Assembly (NCBI GenBank): GCA_963840855.1
Contig: CAWJBB010000030.1
Coordinates: forward strand, 32,001-96,000
Direction: 5' to 3'
DNA: 64,000 nucleotides
From: an uncultured delta proteobacterium
GTDB taxonomy: Bacteria; Desulfobacterota; Binatia; UBA9968
A program made the translations under genes and the position numbers. The notes under the pieces are model-generated. The model was not told where the DNA came from and searched no databases. It was given only the letters and a program-made list of their open reading frames with translations. Within the stretch, counting starts at the first letter, position 1; each line of letters starts with the position of its first letter. Below are positions 8,791-18,844 of the stretch, one piece after another.

Positions 8791-9252
8791 ATGGAAATAG
8801 AAAAGAAACTGAACGAGATGGGATTTCAGGTGCCTGGCGTGCCCGGGGCGGCCGGCAACTATATTGGCTGCGTAAGAGTCGGCAATCTCCTGTTTGTCGG
8901 CGGCAATACCGGACGGGTCAACGGCAAGAGGAAGTTCGAGGGCAAGGTTGGCGAAGCGGTTACCTTGGAACAGGCGTATATCATGGCTCGCGAGTGCGCC
9001 CTCAATCATCTCGCCGTCATCAAGGAGGCGCTCGGCGATCTCGACCAGGTTGAGAGGATCGTTAAGGTCTTAGCCTACATCAACGTCGCTCCGGGTTTCA
9101 CAGAACTGCCCAAAGTCGCCAACGGCGAGTCCGATCTGTTGGTTAACCTGTGGGGCGATCGCGGCCGGCACACACGCGCGGCCATAGGAGTGGCGGCCTT
9201 AGGGAGCAATGCGGCGGTGGAGACCGAGATTATCGTTCAGGTCCGCGAGTGA
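8791..9252 (+). CDS. RidA/YjgF family protein
   Basis: VANGESDLL...GRHTRAAIGVAAL...VETE. Confidence 0.9.
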   Translation: MEIEKKLNEMGFQVPGVPGAAGNYIGCVRVGNLLFVGGNTGRVNGKRKFEGKVGEAVTLEQAYIMARECALNHLAVIKEALGDLDQVERIVKVLAYINVAPGFTELPKVANGESDLLVNLWGDRGRHTRAAIGVAALGSNAAVETEIIVQVRE

Positions 9253-9290
9253 TGGATTTTAACCGGAAAGAACGCAAACAAAAGAAGACT

Positions 9291-9367
9291 CACCACGAAG
9301 ACACGAAGGTCACGAAGATTAAAAGAATAATATCCGAACCCTTCGTGCTCTTCGTGGCTTCGTGGTG
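9291..9367. repeat. Inverted repeat built from 9-mer CACGAAG units
   Basis: caccacgaagacacgaaggtcacgaag ... cttcgtgctcttcgtggcttcgtggtg. Confidence 0.8.
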
Positions 9368-9458
9368 AAGCAAAACGTTCGGCGCAATGAAATAGCATGC
9401 GCCAGCTTGCTCATACGGAAACTTCAAGATGCAACCTAATAGATAGGAGGACAGTCTG

Positions 9459-10793
9459 ATGGCATCAGGCCCGAATTTAGAAGGCTTGGCATTCACCAGA
9501 GAGGAAAATGAGTGGTTGACCCGCGTTGGTCCAGGAACCTTGATGGGAAATCTTTTTCGGCAATACTGGATTCCGGTCTTGCCGGTGTCCTTTCTTAAAG
9601 AACCCGGCGGGAAGCCTTTACGGATACGGCTTCTTTGCGAAGACTTGGTGTTGTTCCGAACCGGCCAGGGAAAGATTGGCTTAGTTGGCGCATATTGCCA
9701 GCACCGTCTGGCGCCGCTTTATTTTGGTCGCATCGAGGACGACGGCATTCGTTGCCCGTATCATGGCTGGAAGTACGCTACTGACGGCACGTGCATGGAG
9801 ATGCCGAACATTCCGGCCGAGCAGCAGTTCTGTGATGCGATTCATCACCCCGGTTATCCTTGTGTAGAGTATGGCGGAGTCATTTGGACTTACATGGGGC
9901 CTGCCAAAGAACTTCCCGCTCTGCCGGAATTTGAGTATGCACTGGTCCCTGAAGATCAACGGCGCTATCGTTTGTTTCGCTCTGAAGGCAATTATTTGCA
10001 AGTTTTGGAAGGGGGCATCGATCCGACACACGTAATGTGGCTGCATTCTCCGTACAATCTGGCCGACGACGACGTCGCCACAATCCACCAGGGCCCGCAA
10101 CAGGTGGTGGCCAACAAATCGCAGAAGAGAACCCCTGATCGCACTGACATCGTCGACACTTCCGGCGGCTTCATGTACGGTACCAGACGCTCCCTGAATG
10201 ACGGTACAAGCCTGTGGCGCGTGAACCAATTTATGGTTCCTTTCTACAGCATGCCCCCCGGGGGCGATTTCCGTGGCGCACGGGCGTATGTGCCGATCGA
10301 CGATGAAAGCTGTGTCAAATGGCAGATCGGCTGGTACCCATCACCCGAGATCATGGAAAAGACCAAAGAAACTCCGCGCCTGATTCAGAAGGACGAAGAG
10401 CATATGGAGCCAACGACGCAGCCCTACGGCTTCATCATTCCCAAGGCCAATAAAGCGAACGATTACCTTATCAATTGGGAGACCCATACGACCAGGCGAG
10501 TAGGCATCACCGGCGTCAATCTTCAAGATATGTGCGTCACGGAGTGGCAAGGACCGACGCCGATCCTGGACCGCACTAAAGAGCACCTTTGCAGCGGCGA
10601 TCAAACGGCGGGCAAGGCGCGCCGGATGTTGCTCCGGCTTGCCAAGGCGTTACGCGACCAGGGTGTGACGCCGCTGGGAGTTCGCGAACCGGAAATCTAC
10701 CGCGTCCGTGGCACCTCTGTGGTGGTGCCTGACAACCTGAGCTGGGTTGATGCCGTCAAAGAACGAGTAACGGTTGCGAAAAGCGCGGCGTAG
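9459..10793 (+). CDS. Rieske non-heme iron oxygenase alpha subunit (phthalate dioxygenase-like)
   Basis: CQHR...CPYHGW; EGGIDPTHVMWLH. Confidence 0.92.
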   Translation: MASGPNLEGLAFTREENEWLTRVGPGTLMGNLFRQYWIPVLPVSFLKEPGGKPLRIRLLCEDLVLFRTGQGKIGLVGAYCQHRLAPLYFGRIEDDGIRCPYHGWKYATDGTCMEMPNIPAEQQFCDAIHHPGYPCVEYGGVIWTYMGPAKELPALPEFEYALVPEDQRRYRLFRSEGNYLQVLEGGIDPTHVMWLHSPYNLADDDVATIHQGPQQVVANKSQKRTPDRTDIVDTSGGFMYGTRRSLNDGTSLWRVNQFMVPFYSMPPGGDFRGARAYVPIDDESCVKWQIGWYPSPEIMEKTKETPRLIQKDEEHMEPTTQPYGFIIPKANKANDYLINWETHTTRRVGITGVNLQDMCVTEWQGPTPILDRTKEHLCSGDQTAGKARRMLLRLAKALRDQGVTPLGVREPEIYRVRGTSVVVPDNLSWVDAVKERVTVAKSAA

Positions 10794-10808
10794 CGAAAAG
10801 TCTCAAAC

Positions 10809-10838
10809 AACGCGCCGTGGAGAGATCCACGGCGCGTT
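10809..10838 (+). terminator. GC-rich hairpin after the second Rieske gene
   Basis: aacgcgccgtgga-gaga-tccacggcgcgtt; weak U tail. Confidence 0.5.
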
Positions 10839-10994
10839 CAACTTATCTCGTCCAGCCGCTACCGGAGAGGCTTGCTCCTCGATCGCTATCGTTGCGAATA
10901 ATTCGGGCCGGTGCTTTGCCACTCGCGTGTGCGGGGTTTACCTAGAATCAATCAAGGAAAAGATCAACGCCGGCAAAATGGGTCCGTGTTTGGC

Positions 10995-12728
10995 ATGAAG
11001 ATTGGCACGCTCGAATTATTTCCGGCGCAAAGCCGGCGCTTGTTTGAGAGCGTCGACGGGCGGACGCTCTTATTGTCGTTGTTTTTGGCCTTGGTCGGGT
11101 TTCTGGTTTTCACGCCCCTGCTTTTTCTCCTTTACGGCAGCTTTGAGACGGTGGGGCCTGATGGAAGAACGGTCTACAGTTTACAAGGCTGGCGCCAGGC
11201 GCTTGACAATCCAGGCATTGTCTCCGCCATTTACAACAGTTTTTCTTTAGCCATCGCGCGCCAATCGATTGCTACGGTCATTGGAATTCTTCTCGCCTGG
11301 CTTATCGCTCGCACTGATATTCCGCTGAGGGGATGGCTGGAATTTTCTTTTTGGATATCCTATTTCATTCCGTCCTTGCCGGTTGCGTTGGGTTGGATCT
11401 TGCTCCTGGATCCGAAGTACGGACTCATCAATGACTGGCTTGCAGCTCTGCCTTTTATCAAGGAGCCGCTGTTTAACGTTTATTCCTTCTGGGGAATCGT
11501 TTGGGTTCACCTTAGCGCCAGCACCATCGCCATCAAAGTCATGTTGCTCACGCCAGCCTTCCGCAACCTGGACGCCGCGCTCGAAGAGGCCTCTCACGTG
11601 GCCGGAGCCGGCTCGCTGAAAACTCTGCTGAAGATTGCCGCGCCGATCATGATGCCGACAATTTTAGTGGCGTTCATCCTGGGTCTGATTCGTTCACTTG
11701 AAGCCTTTGAAATCGAGCTTATTCTGGGCCGTCCCATCGGACTCCACGTGTTCTCTACCAAGATATATAGTTTCATGACCGTGGAGCCGCCGCAGTTTGC
11801 TCCGGCCTCGGCTCTGGGGAGCTTCTTTCTTATCGTGCTCGGATTGTTGGTTGTTTTTCAGCGCTTTTTCCTCAAGGAGAAGTCCTACGCCACGGTCACC
11901 GGCCGAGGTTTCAGCGCCAGGTTGATCCGCCTGGGTCGCTGGCGCTATGCAACGCTTCTGTTCGTTTTGGCCATCGCCCTCTGTACCACAGTGGTGCCCA
12001 TCGCCTCGCTTTTTTTTTCGACCTTCATGAAGCTGTTCGGCTACTTCCATATTCCCGATCCCTGGACCCTGGATAACTGGAAGCAGGTCCTGAAAGATCC
12101 GATTCTGCTGCGCTCTTTGCAAAATACTTTGGTGCTGGGCGTCTCCGCGGCCGGGCTCGGCATCGTCCTGAGCAGTGTGATCGCCTACATCATCGCCAAA
12201 TCGAAATTCGGCCTGCGCGGTTTGCTGGATTTTATCTCATGGATACCCTGGTCTATCCCGGGCATCCTGTTAGGAATGGCGCTCGCCTCCTCATTGCTAT
12301 TGATACACAGGGTGGTGCCTGTTTACGGCACCATGTTCGCTCTGGTACTCGCCATGGCGATATCCGGTTTGCCGCTCACCGTGCAAGTTATCAAGGCCTT
12401 TCTCATGCAGTTCGCCGATGAACTGGAGGAGGCCTCTCAAGTAGCTGGCGCAAGCTGGTACACGACGTTTCGCCGCATATTGCTGCCGCTGCTCTTGCCC
12501 TGTCTCATCGTCGTGGGTCTTCTTGAGTTTATCGCGTCGGCGCGCAACATCAGCACGGTTGTTCTTCTCGCAACCGGCAAGACCAGAACTATGGCTCTAT
12601 TGATGCTCGATTATACCGCGGGCGCCGAACTGGAGAAGGCGACCGTGGTGGGCGCCATGATTGTCTTGATGGTAGTCGCTGCGGCGATCATCGCGCGAAT
12701 TCTCGGTGGAAAATTCGGAATACAGTAA
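10995..12728 (+). CDS. FbpB-like ABC transporter permease (two BPD_transp domains)
   Basis: About 12 hydrophobic segments; two EAA loops (LEEASHVAGA, LEEASQVAGA). Confidence 0.9.
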   Translation: MKIGTLELFPAQSRRLFESVDGRTLLLSLFLALVGFLVFTPLLFLLYGSFETVGPDGRTVYSLQGWRQALDNPGIVSAIYNSFSLAIARQSIATVIGILLAWLIARTDIPLRGWLEFSFWISYFIPSLPVALGWILLLDPKYGLINDWLAALPFIKEPLFNVYSFWGIVWVHLSASTIAIKVMLLTPAFRNLDAALEEASHVAGAGSLKTLLKIAAPIMMPTILVAFILGLIRSLEAFEIELILGRPIGLHVFSTKIYSFMTVEPPQFAPASALGSFFLIVLGLLVVFQRFFLKEKSYATVTGRGFSARLIRLGRWRYATLLFVLAIALCTTVVPIASLFFSTFMKLFGYFHIPDPWTLDNWKQVLKDPILLRSLQNTLVLGVSAAGLGIVLSSVIAYIIAKSKFGLRGLLDFISWIPWSIPGILLGMALASSLLLIHRVVPVYGTMFALVLAMAISGLPLTVQVIKAFLMQFADELEEASQVAGASWYTTFRRILLPLLLPCLIVVGLLEFIASARNISTVVLLATGKTRTMALLMLDYTAGAELEKATVVGAMIVLMVVAAAIIARILGGKFGIQ

Positions 12729-12759
12729 TTAAGTGAAATCTTTAGGGGAGTAGTCAATC

Positions 12760-13872
12760 ATGAAAAAAATGTTCTGGAGGGCTACGGCGTTGCTTGTTGT
12801 TCTATCGGGGTTAGCGCTGGCCGGGTCGGCCCAGGCACAATGGCAAACCGAGTGGGAGCGCGTCCAGGCGGCGGCGAGGAAGGAAGGAAAGCTCGTTATC
12901 AGTATTCCGCCAAGCGCCGACCTGAGAAAGGCGCTGGAAGAAACCGTCAAGCAAAAGTTCGGCATCGAACTGGAAATTGTCCTGTCCAACAGCGCGACCA
13001 CGACCAAAAGAGTCGGAGACGAGTTCAAGGCCGGCGTCCGCTACTTCGACGTCATAACGAGCACGTGGGATGCGCTCTCCTATAACCTTCTGCCCATGGG
13101 CGTGATTGAGCCTCTGGAGCAGTCTTGGATTCTTCCCGAAGTCAAAGATCCGGCGAACTGGTGGGGCGGGCATATCTGGACGGATTCGGCGAAAAAGTTT
13201 GCCTACTCTCCTCTCGCTTATATGCTGGATAACATTTGGTACAACACCGGACATGCGAAGCCGGAGGAGCTGCGCACTTATGACGATTTGCTCAATCCCA
13301 AATGGAAGGGCAAAATCGCCTTCTGGGATCCCAGAAGCGCCGGCGGGGCGGCTCTTGGAATCTGGGGCTATCTCTGGCTCACCAAAGGTGAGGGTTATTT
13401 GAGAAAGCTCGCTCAGCAGAATCTTCTCCTGGTGGAAGATCGCCGTCTGGTCGCCGATTCTTTGGCGCGGGCGAAGGTGGCAGTCGCCATCGGCGCGACC
13501 TACTACAGCTACGCTTCATTCATCAAGGCGGGCTTACCCGTGAAACCGCTGCCGCCGTCCAAAGAAGGTACGTTCGTTTCGGTTGGAAACGGCGGGCCGG
13601 TGGTGGTGAAGAATCATCCTCACCCCAACGCGACAAAAGTTTATGTGAACTGGCTTTTGAGCAAAGAAGGCCAGAACCTTTATAGCAAAGCTTTTGGCCA
13701 GGCGACGCGGCGCCTGGACGTCGATACCAAGTGGATGCCCGAGATTGGGGTCCGGCCGGCCAAAGACAGCATCACGATAGACAATTTTTACAAGTGGCAG
13801 AATGCGATCGAGGAAAAAGATCTCACGGTGCGGCGTCCGGCGCTCGAATTTGCCCGCAAGATTCTGCAGTAA
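12760..13872 (+). CDS. Extracellular solute-binding protein (FbpA/AfuA-like fold)
   Basis: Signal peptide ending AQAQ; DLLNPKWKGKI; HPHPNATKVYVNWLLSKEGQ. Confidence 0.88.
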   Translation: MKKMFWRATALLVVLSGLALAGSAQAQWQTEWERVQAAARKEGKLVISIPPSADLRKALEETVKQKFGIELEIVLSNSATTTKRVGDEFKAGVRYFDVITSTWDALSYNLLPMGVIEPLEQSWILPEVKDPANWWGGHIWTDSAKKFAYSPLAYMLDNIWYNTGHAKPEELRTYDDLLNPKWKGKIAFWDPRSAGGAALGIWGYLWLTKGEGYLRKLAQQNLLLVEDRRLVADSLARAKVAVAIGATYYSYASFIKAGLPVKPLPPSKEGTFVSVGNGGPVVVKNHPHPNATKVYVNWLLSKEGQNLYSKAFGQATRRLDVDTKWMPEIGVRPAKDSITIDNFYKWQNAIEEKDLTVRRPALEFARKILQ

Positions 13873-13889
13873 GGAGGTTTAACGATTTT

Positions 13890-14711
13890 ATGGCACCCGC
13901 AATCAACAAGACCTATGTGCAAGTGGATGGTATCAAGACTTTTGTTGTCTCGGCAGGAAGCGGTCATCCGCTGCTGTTGATTCACGGCGCGTCCCCGGGA
14001 GCTGCGTCGCTGGTCAATTGGAAGCTCAACATGGAGCCCCTTGCCGCCGCCGGCTTTGCGATTTACGCCTACGATCAACCGGGGTTCGGGCTCACCGAGA
14101 ATCCATCGGATCATTCCATCGAGTATCGAGTCACCCATGCCAAGGCGTTGGTCGATATATTAAAGTTGGATCGGATTCATGTCGTGGGAAATTCCGTCGG
14201 CGGTTACATAGCGGCCAGGCTTGCCCTGGAGGACAAGCGTGTGAAAACCTTTGTGACCACGACCAGCGGCTCATTGTCGCCGCAGGGCTCCGCCGAATCG
14301 CAGTCGCTGGCAAAGAAGCATTCGGAGGATCTCAGAGAATATGAACCCAGTCTCGAGAACATGAGAAAGCTGACTTTCGGAACGATTTTCAACAAGGACC
14401 TGGTCACAGAAGAATTGGTCCGCGAGCGTTATGAGATGAGTATCGGCAAAAACTACGAGGCTCAGTTGCAACGGCGGAATGCCGCGCGCCAAAGGCAGGT
14501 GTATGACGAAATGAGGCAATTGCCCGTCAAAGCGTTGCTGCTATGGGGCAACAACGACCGCGGCGTTTCAGTGGAGCGGGGTCTGGAGCTTTTTCAGCGC
14601 ATTCCGGGAGCCGAGTTTCATCTGTTTGACAAGTGTGCCCACTGGGTTCAGTGGGATCAGGCCGATAGATTCAACCGGCTAGTCATCGACTTTCTTAAGG
14701 GCGCGAGCTGA
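13890..14711 (+). CDS. Alpha/beta hydrolase, MhpC/BphD-like (meta-cleavage product hydrolase)
   Basis: LIHGASPGA, GNSVGG nucleophile elbow, CAHWVQWDQ. Confidence 0.8.
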   Translation: MAPAINKTYVQVDGIKTFVVSAGSGHPLLLIHGASPGAASLVNWKLNMEPLAAAGFAIYAYDQPGFGLTENPSDHSIEYRVTHAKALVDILKLDRIHVVGNSVGGYIAARLALEDKRVKTFVTTTSGSLSPQGSAESQSLAKKHSEDLREYEPSLENMRKLTFGTIFNKDLVTEELVRERYEMSIGKNYEAQLQRRNAARQRQVYDEMRQLPVKALLLWGNNDRGVSVERGLELFQRIPGAEFHLFDKCAHWVQWDQADRFNRLVIDFLKGAS

Positions 14712-14878
14712 TCGTCATTCCACACAAATGTTGGTTTTGACGCGGGCTATCTTGTGTTAAGAGTCGATGTTAGGCTAACCTTGCGTTGCGCGGCGATTTG
14801 GGCAAGAGGATGGTCATAGAGTGGCGAAGTGGATGCGCTAGTTGAGACATGGGGACAAGAAGCTTACGGAGGTAGATC

Positions 14879-15790
14879 ATGGCTTATCCGAAAATCAAGA
14901 TGGAACGGCCCAGCGTATATAACGGCTTGGATTGGCTGGTGGCGCTAGACGAGGGGTTGTTTGCTAAAGAAGGGCTTGAGGTCGAGCTCATCGCGCATGG
15001 CGGTGAGCGACAAACCAATTTAAATGTCACGGACTGGAACGAGGTGCGCTCCAACGCCGGCCACGCCGAGGCCATGGAACGCGGCTGCGCAAACATTTTC
15101 AATGCTTGTGAATGGGGTAACTATCGTCGATCGCAAGATACCGGGGTCGGGTGCCGGCAACTCGGCAGGCGCGCATCGATCGTCGCCGGCGCCGTAGCGG
15201 TGGCACCGGATTCCGACATCTATACGCCACAGCAGTTGGCGAACAGAACTATCGCGGTGCCCTTTCATGCCGGGACGCATTATTTGACGCTACAGTTGCT
15301 CGAAGGCTTTGTGCCGCGCGACATGATCAAACTCGTCAGCAGCGGTCGGCCCTCGGAGCGCTACAGGGCGATGATGAATGGCATCGTCGATGCTTGCAGC
15401 GTGCGCGAACCCTGGATTGCGATTGCCGAGAAGAACGGCTGCCGTCTCATCGTCCAAGGGTATTACAACGGAACGGACACGGCCACGCCAGAGATTAGCG
15501 CAGAAGCTTACGCTGCGATCAACCGGGCGCTCAGTGAGGCGGTGCGCCGGATCAATGCCAACAAACGAGGCTACCTGCACTACTTCATTGACAACGAGAA
15601 GGGTGCTGAGGTGAAAACCTTGACCCTTGACGACTTCAATCTTAACCGGATCGTATTTGTCGAGCCGGGAAAACCGATTCCCGAAGAACAGTTGATGCGA
15701 ACCTATCACTGGATGGTGAGCTGGAATCTGATCGATGCGGGCCATGAAGTTCAGGATCTTGTAAATACTCAGGTCATGGCGCCGGCATAG
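14879..15790 (+). CDS. NMT1/SsuA-fold protein without a signal peptide
   Basis: VALDEGLFAKEGLEVEL; strong RBS ggaggt. Confidence 0.75.
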   Translation: MAYPKIKMERPSVYNGLDWLVALDEGLFAKEGLEVELIAHGGERQTNLNVTDWNEVRSNAGHAEAMERGCANIFNACEWGNYRRSQDTGVGCRQLGRRASIVAGAVAVAPDSDIYTPQQLANRTIAVPFHAGTHYLTLQLLEGFVPRDMIKLVSSGRPSERYRAMMNGIVDACSVREPWIAIAEKNGCRLIVQGYYNGTDTATPEISAEAYAAINRALSEAVRRINANKRGYLHYFIDNEKGAEVKTLTLDDFNLNRIVFVEPGKPIPEEQLMRTYHWMVSWNLIDAGHEVQDLVNTQVMAPA

Positions 15791-15871
15791 TTTGTTATCC
15801 TGAAGATCAGGGCGATCTGGGCGGCTGCTTTTTGAGATCTCAGCCTCATTGCTTTTCGCTTTCATCCTTTG

Positions 15872-16897
15872 TCAACGCTTCGCCCATGAGAAGAAACCCT
15901 CCTTCTCGACCTCCTTCAACGCGCTGTCGTCGATGAAATCAGCTGCCTTCTTGCCTGTAAGCTCTGCGACGTTAGCGCTTAAATCATTAATGTCCAAATC
16001 CATGCTTCTTTCCAATGGACGGGCATTGTGGGGTTTGCTGCCGAGGAAATAGTGGCTTTCATAATACGCATCGAGTAGCTGTTGATTGTCTTCCTTCATG
16101 TATTTTCGGATGGCGCGATAAAAAAGCTCCTTATTTTCCCTGGCCATTTTGACGGCATCGCTGAATGCTCTGAGCAGGGCTTTGACGTGATGGGGTCGGG
16201 TCCGCAAAAATTCGCGCGTGGTAATAAAATCACCGCCCGATACCTCGACTCCTTGCTCTTCTGTGCCGGTCAGGACATTGAGCTTTTTCCCTTGCAACTC
16301 AATTCTCGCAACTGAATTTTTGGTCGACATCACGGCGTCTAGTTTACCCGCGAACATAACGTTCATTCGGTCATAGGGGGAGGTAAAGCCGGTCGGCAGG
16401 AGACTGACGTCTTTATCGATCACCAAGCCCAGTTTCGGCAACAACCTGCGCAGCGCAAAAAAGTCGCCTGCGCCAAAGCCGGCAATACCGATGGTTTTAC
16501 CTTTCAGTTGCTGGATTGAATTGATCGGCGGGCGCGAAACCAAGACGTATTCGGTGGGGCCGATCGTGCCAACGATGACAATCGGCGCGCCGCGGGCGGC
16601 CGCCGTGACGGCCACCGAGCTCGCCGCCACCGCCATTTGGATCTCGCCTGCCAGAAGCGCCGCTGTATTGATGGCAGCGCCGCGAATATTGACGATCTGC
16701 ATGTCGAGCCCATACTTTTCAAACAGACCGAGATCTTTCGCGATGTACAAAGGAGCGCGGCTCTCCGCCAAGGTGGAATTAGACAAAACAAAGCGTTCTA
16801 ACTTTTTTCCCTGGGCGAAACTCAGATTGGCGAAGAAAAAAACAACGACAGACGTTAGGAGTATAGGTCCGAAATTGCATTGCGGCTTACTATACAT
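15872..16897 (-). CDS. NMT1/SsuA-type substrate-binding protein
   Basis: Signal peptide; PLYIAKDLGLFEKYGLD; QLKGKTIGI. Confidence 0.88.
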   Translation of the reverse strand: MYSKPQCNFGPILLTSVVVFFFANLSFAQGKKLERFVLSNSTLAESRAPLYIAKDLGLFEKYGLDMQIVNIRGAAINTAALLAGEIQMAVAASSVAVTAAARGAPIVIVGTIGPTEYVLVSRPPINSIQQLKGKTIGIAGFGAGDFFALRRLLPKLGLVIDKDVSLLPTGFTSPYDRMNVMFAGKLDAVMSTKNSVARIELQGKKLNVLTGTEEQGVEVSGGDFITTREFLRTRPHHVKALLRAFSDAVKMARENKELFYRAIRKYMKEDNQQLLDAYYESHYFLGSKPHNARPLERSMDLDINDLSANVAELTGKKAADFIDDSALKEVEKEGFFSWAKR

Positions 16898-16898
16898 A

Positions 16899-16927
16899 GT
16901 TCAAAGTTCAAGGTTCAATGTTCAACG
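16899..16927. repeat. Heptamer tandem repeat GTTCAAn x4
   Basis: gttcaaa gttcaag gttcaat gttcaac. Confidence 0.75.
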
Positions 16928-17004
16928 TTTTCAAATCCGTTGTGAACCGCACCAGCCTAATACCTGACTTTAAACGCTTGAACCGCTGCAATTGGAGCTG
17001 ACCG

Positions 17005-18153
17005 TTAATTTCCCTCGATGACTCCGGCGGCGTGAAGTTGAATCAGGTTTCTTCCGGGCAAACCAAGAGCCATCGCGTGACAGGCCGGCCGCTTGTCTTT
17101 GTCGGGGAAAGTTTCCAGCAGACTCTTCGTGACGACGTCCCGGGCGTGGTAATCGCGCAACAGAATGGTCAGGTGCGCCACGGAATCCATGGCGCCGCCG
17201 ACCTGTGCCATGAGCGCGCGGAGATTCTGAAACGCCAACTCAGTTTGCCGCTCAAGGGTCTCAGCCTGCTCTCCGGTTTTGGCATCGTAGCCGCCGATGC
17301 CGGAAGAAAAGAACCTGCTGCCTAGGGTGGCGCCCATCGGGATAGGATCATGATGCCCGACCCCCGGGATTTCAAAGTTTCTCCGTTTCGCTCCCAACGC
17401 GGCCGTGAACTGGAGCTGAACCAATGTTTCGCGCCCCTTTAGCTCGTCGTACATGATGGTTTTCCGCGCCGGCCGGTCGCCATCGTGGGGAAACATCTTC
17501 AACCATGCGTCGATCATTGCGGGTTGGTCAGCTTTATCGCGCAGAAATACCCACACCAGGCCGATATCTTCCGTGGTGCCGCCGGCTTGCTCAACCAGCG
17601 CTCTCATGTTTTGAAAGGCCTGGTCCATCTGTTGCTCGGTGCCCGCCACCTGCTTGTTGGTCTTCGGGTCCTGGCCGCCGATTACCGAGGAATACACCAT
17701 GTTTCCAGCCTTCGCTCCCATCGGCAGCGGGTCGCGGTGAGATAATCCCGGAATCTCCAAAGGCTGGCGTCCGCCTCCGGCTAGCGCGAGCGCTTGGAGC
17801 TGAACTTGGATTCCGTCGGGAAGCGGATATGTCGTTGTCTTTCTAGCGGGTCGGTTGTGTTCATCAGGGAAGGTTTGCAACCAGGGTTTGTTGATGAGTT
17901 GGCGTGCACTGGCGTCGCCGATGAAAACGGTCACATGGGCGATGTCATCGGTCCTTAGACCAGCCTGTTCAACCAGCGCTTTCAGGTTGCGGAAAGCCAG
18001 ATCAAACTGTTTTTCGGCGCCGTCGCCCAACGAGCCGGTGGCCGGATCTCGGCCGGAAATGGATGAGGAAAAAAAAGCGTTGCCGATGCGAACCCCCATC
18101 GGAATCGCAGGTTCGGAAGTCATTTGCGGTAAGAAGCTAGTTTGCCTACTCAT
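17005..18153 (-). CDS. Protein with three tandem RidA/YjgF domains
   Basis: Three copies of PMG...SS.I.G.D..T...AF.N..AL..Q.G...FP....RPA(R/C). Confidence 0.88.
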   Translation of the reverse strand: MSRQTSFLPQMTSEPAIPMGVRIGNAFFSSSISGRDPATGSLGDGAEKQFDLAFRNLKALVEQAGLRTDDIAHVTVFIGDASARQLINKPWLQTFPDEHNRPARKTTTYPLPDGIQVQLQALALAGGGRQPLEIPGLSHRDPLPMGAKAGNMVYSSVIGGQDPKTNKQVAGTEQQMDQAFQNMRALVEQAGGTTEDIGLVWVFLRDKADQPAMIDAWLKMFPHDGDRPARKTIMYDELKGRETLVQLQFTAALGAKRRNFEIPGVGHHDPIPMGATLGSRFFSSGIGGYDAKTGEQAETLERQTELAFQNLRALMAQVGGAMDSVAHLTILLRDYHARDVVTKSLLETFPDKDKRPACHAMALGLPGRNLIQLHAAGVIEGN

Positions 18154-18181
18154 GATATCCTCCTGATCGGCGGCCCGACCT

Positions 18182-18592
18182 TCATACTCCCAAAGCGTTT
18201 AAGCCAATTTGCGCCATCTCGACGTCACGTTGACGCGGACTGCCGCCCGAGGCGATGGCGCCTACGATTTGATTACCGGATCGGACGACCAAGCCGCCCT
18301 GCAGAGTAGTCAGGGAAGGGTCGCCATAGTCGCTAAGGCTGCGTCCTGCGTCCTGTATGTCTTTCTTAAACGCGACAGTATCTCTGCCCATGACCGCCGC
18401 CGTATAAGCCTTTCTAATGGCATAGCGCAGAACACGGGCGTGGGCTCCGTCCATGCGCGCGCAGGTAATGAGATCGCCGTGATTGTCGACAACCGCTACG
18501 GCGACAGGCCGGCCGTCTTTTTTGGCTTGGTCGAACACGGCGGCAATGGCGCGTTGCGCTTCCTCCAGACCTAACGAAAGCTGTGGCACCAT
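18182..18592 (-). CDS. GlcG/HbpS-family heme-binding protein
   Basis: VAVAVVDNHG, RMDGA, KAYTAA, GAIASGG. Confidence 0.88.
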   Translation of the reverse strand: MVPQLSLGLEEAQRAIAAVFDQAKKDGRPVAVAVVDNHGDLITCARMDGAHARVLRYAIRKAYTAAVMGRDTVAFKKDIQDAGRSLSDYGDPSLTTLQGGLVVRSGNQIVGAIASGGSPRQRDVEMAQIGLNALGV

Positions 18593-18725
18593 ATTTTCTC
18601 CTCCAATTTGTGACAGACGCGGGGCGACTATTGTTTTGTTGAAATTTTGCCAGAAGCCGAAGCAAGCCTACATAAGCCGGTGAGGGTTTGTCAAATTCAT
18701 GTTCGTCGTTCGGTTAGCTCAAGAC

Positions 18726-18744
18726 CCTGAGCAAAGTCGAAGGG
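18726..18744. repeat. Short palindromic repeat of the CCTGAGC..GTCGAAGG type
   Basis: ccctgagcaaagtcgaaggg, related to the insert at 1953-1976. Confidence 0.55.
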
Positions 18745-18844
18745 TGGTTCGTGCTCGCATTTATTCACGCGTATCGTTTCACGCACACGATCGCCATGGC
18801 CACGCGCCGCGAATTGGTTGCTATATCAACTGAACCGGGATGGC

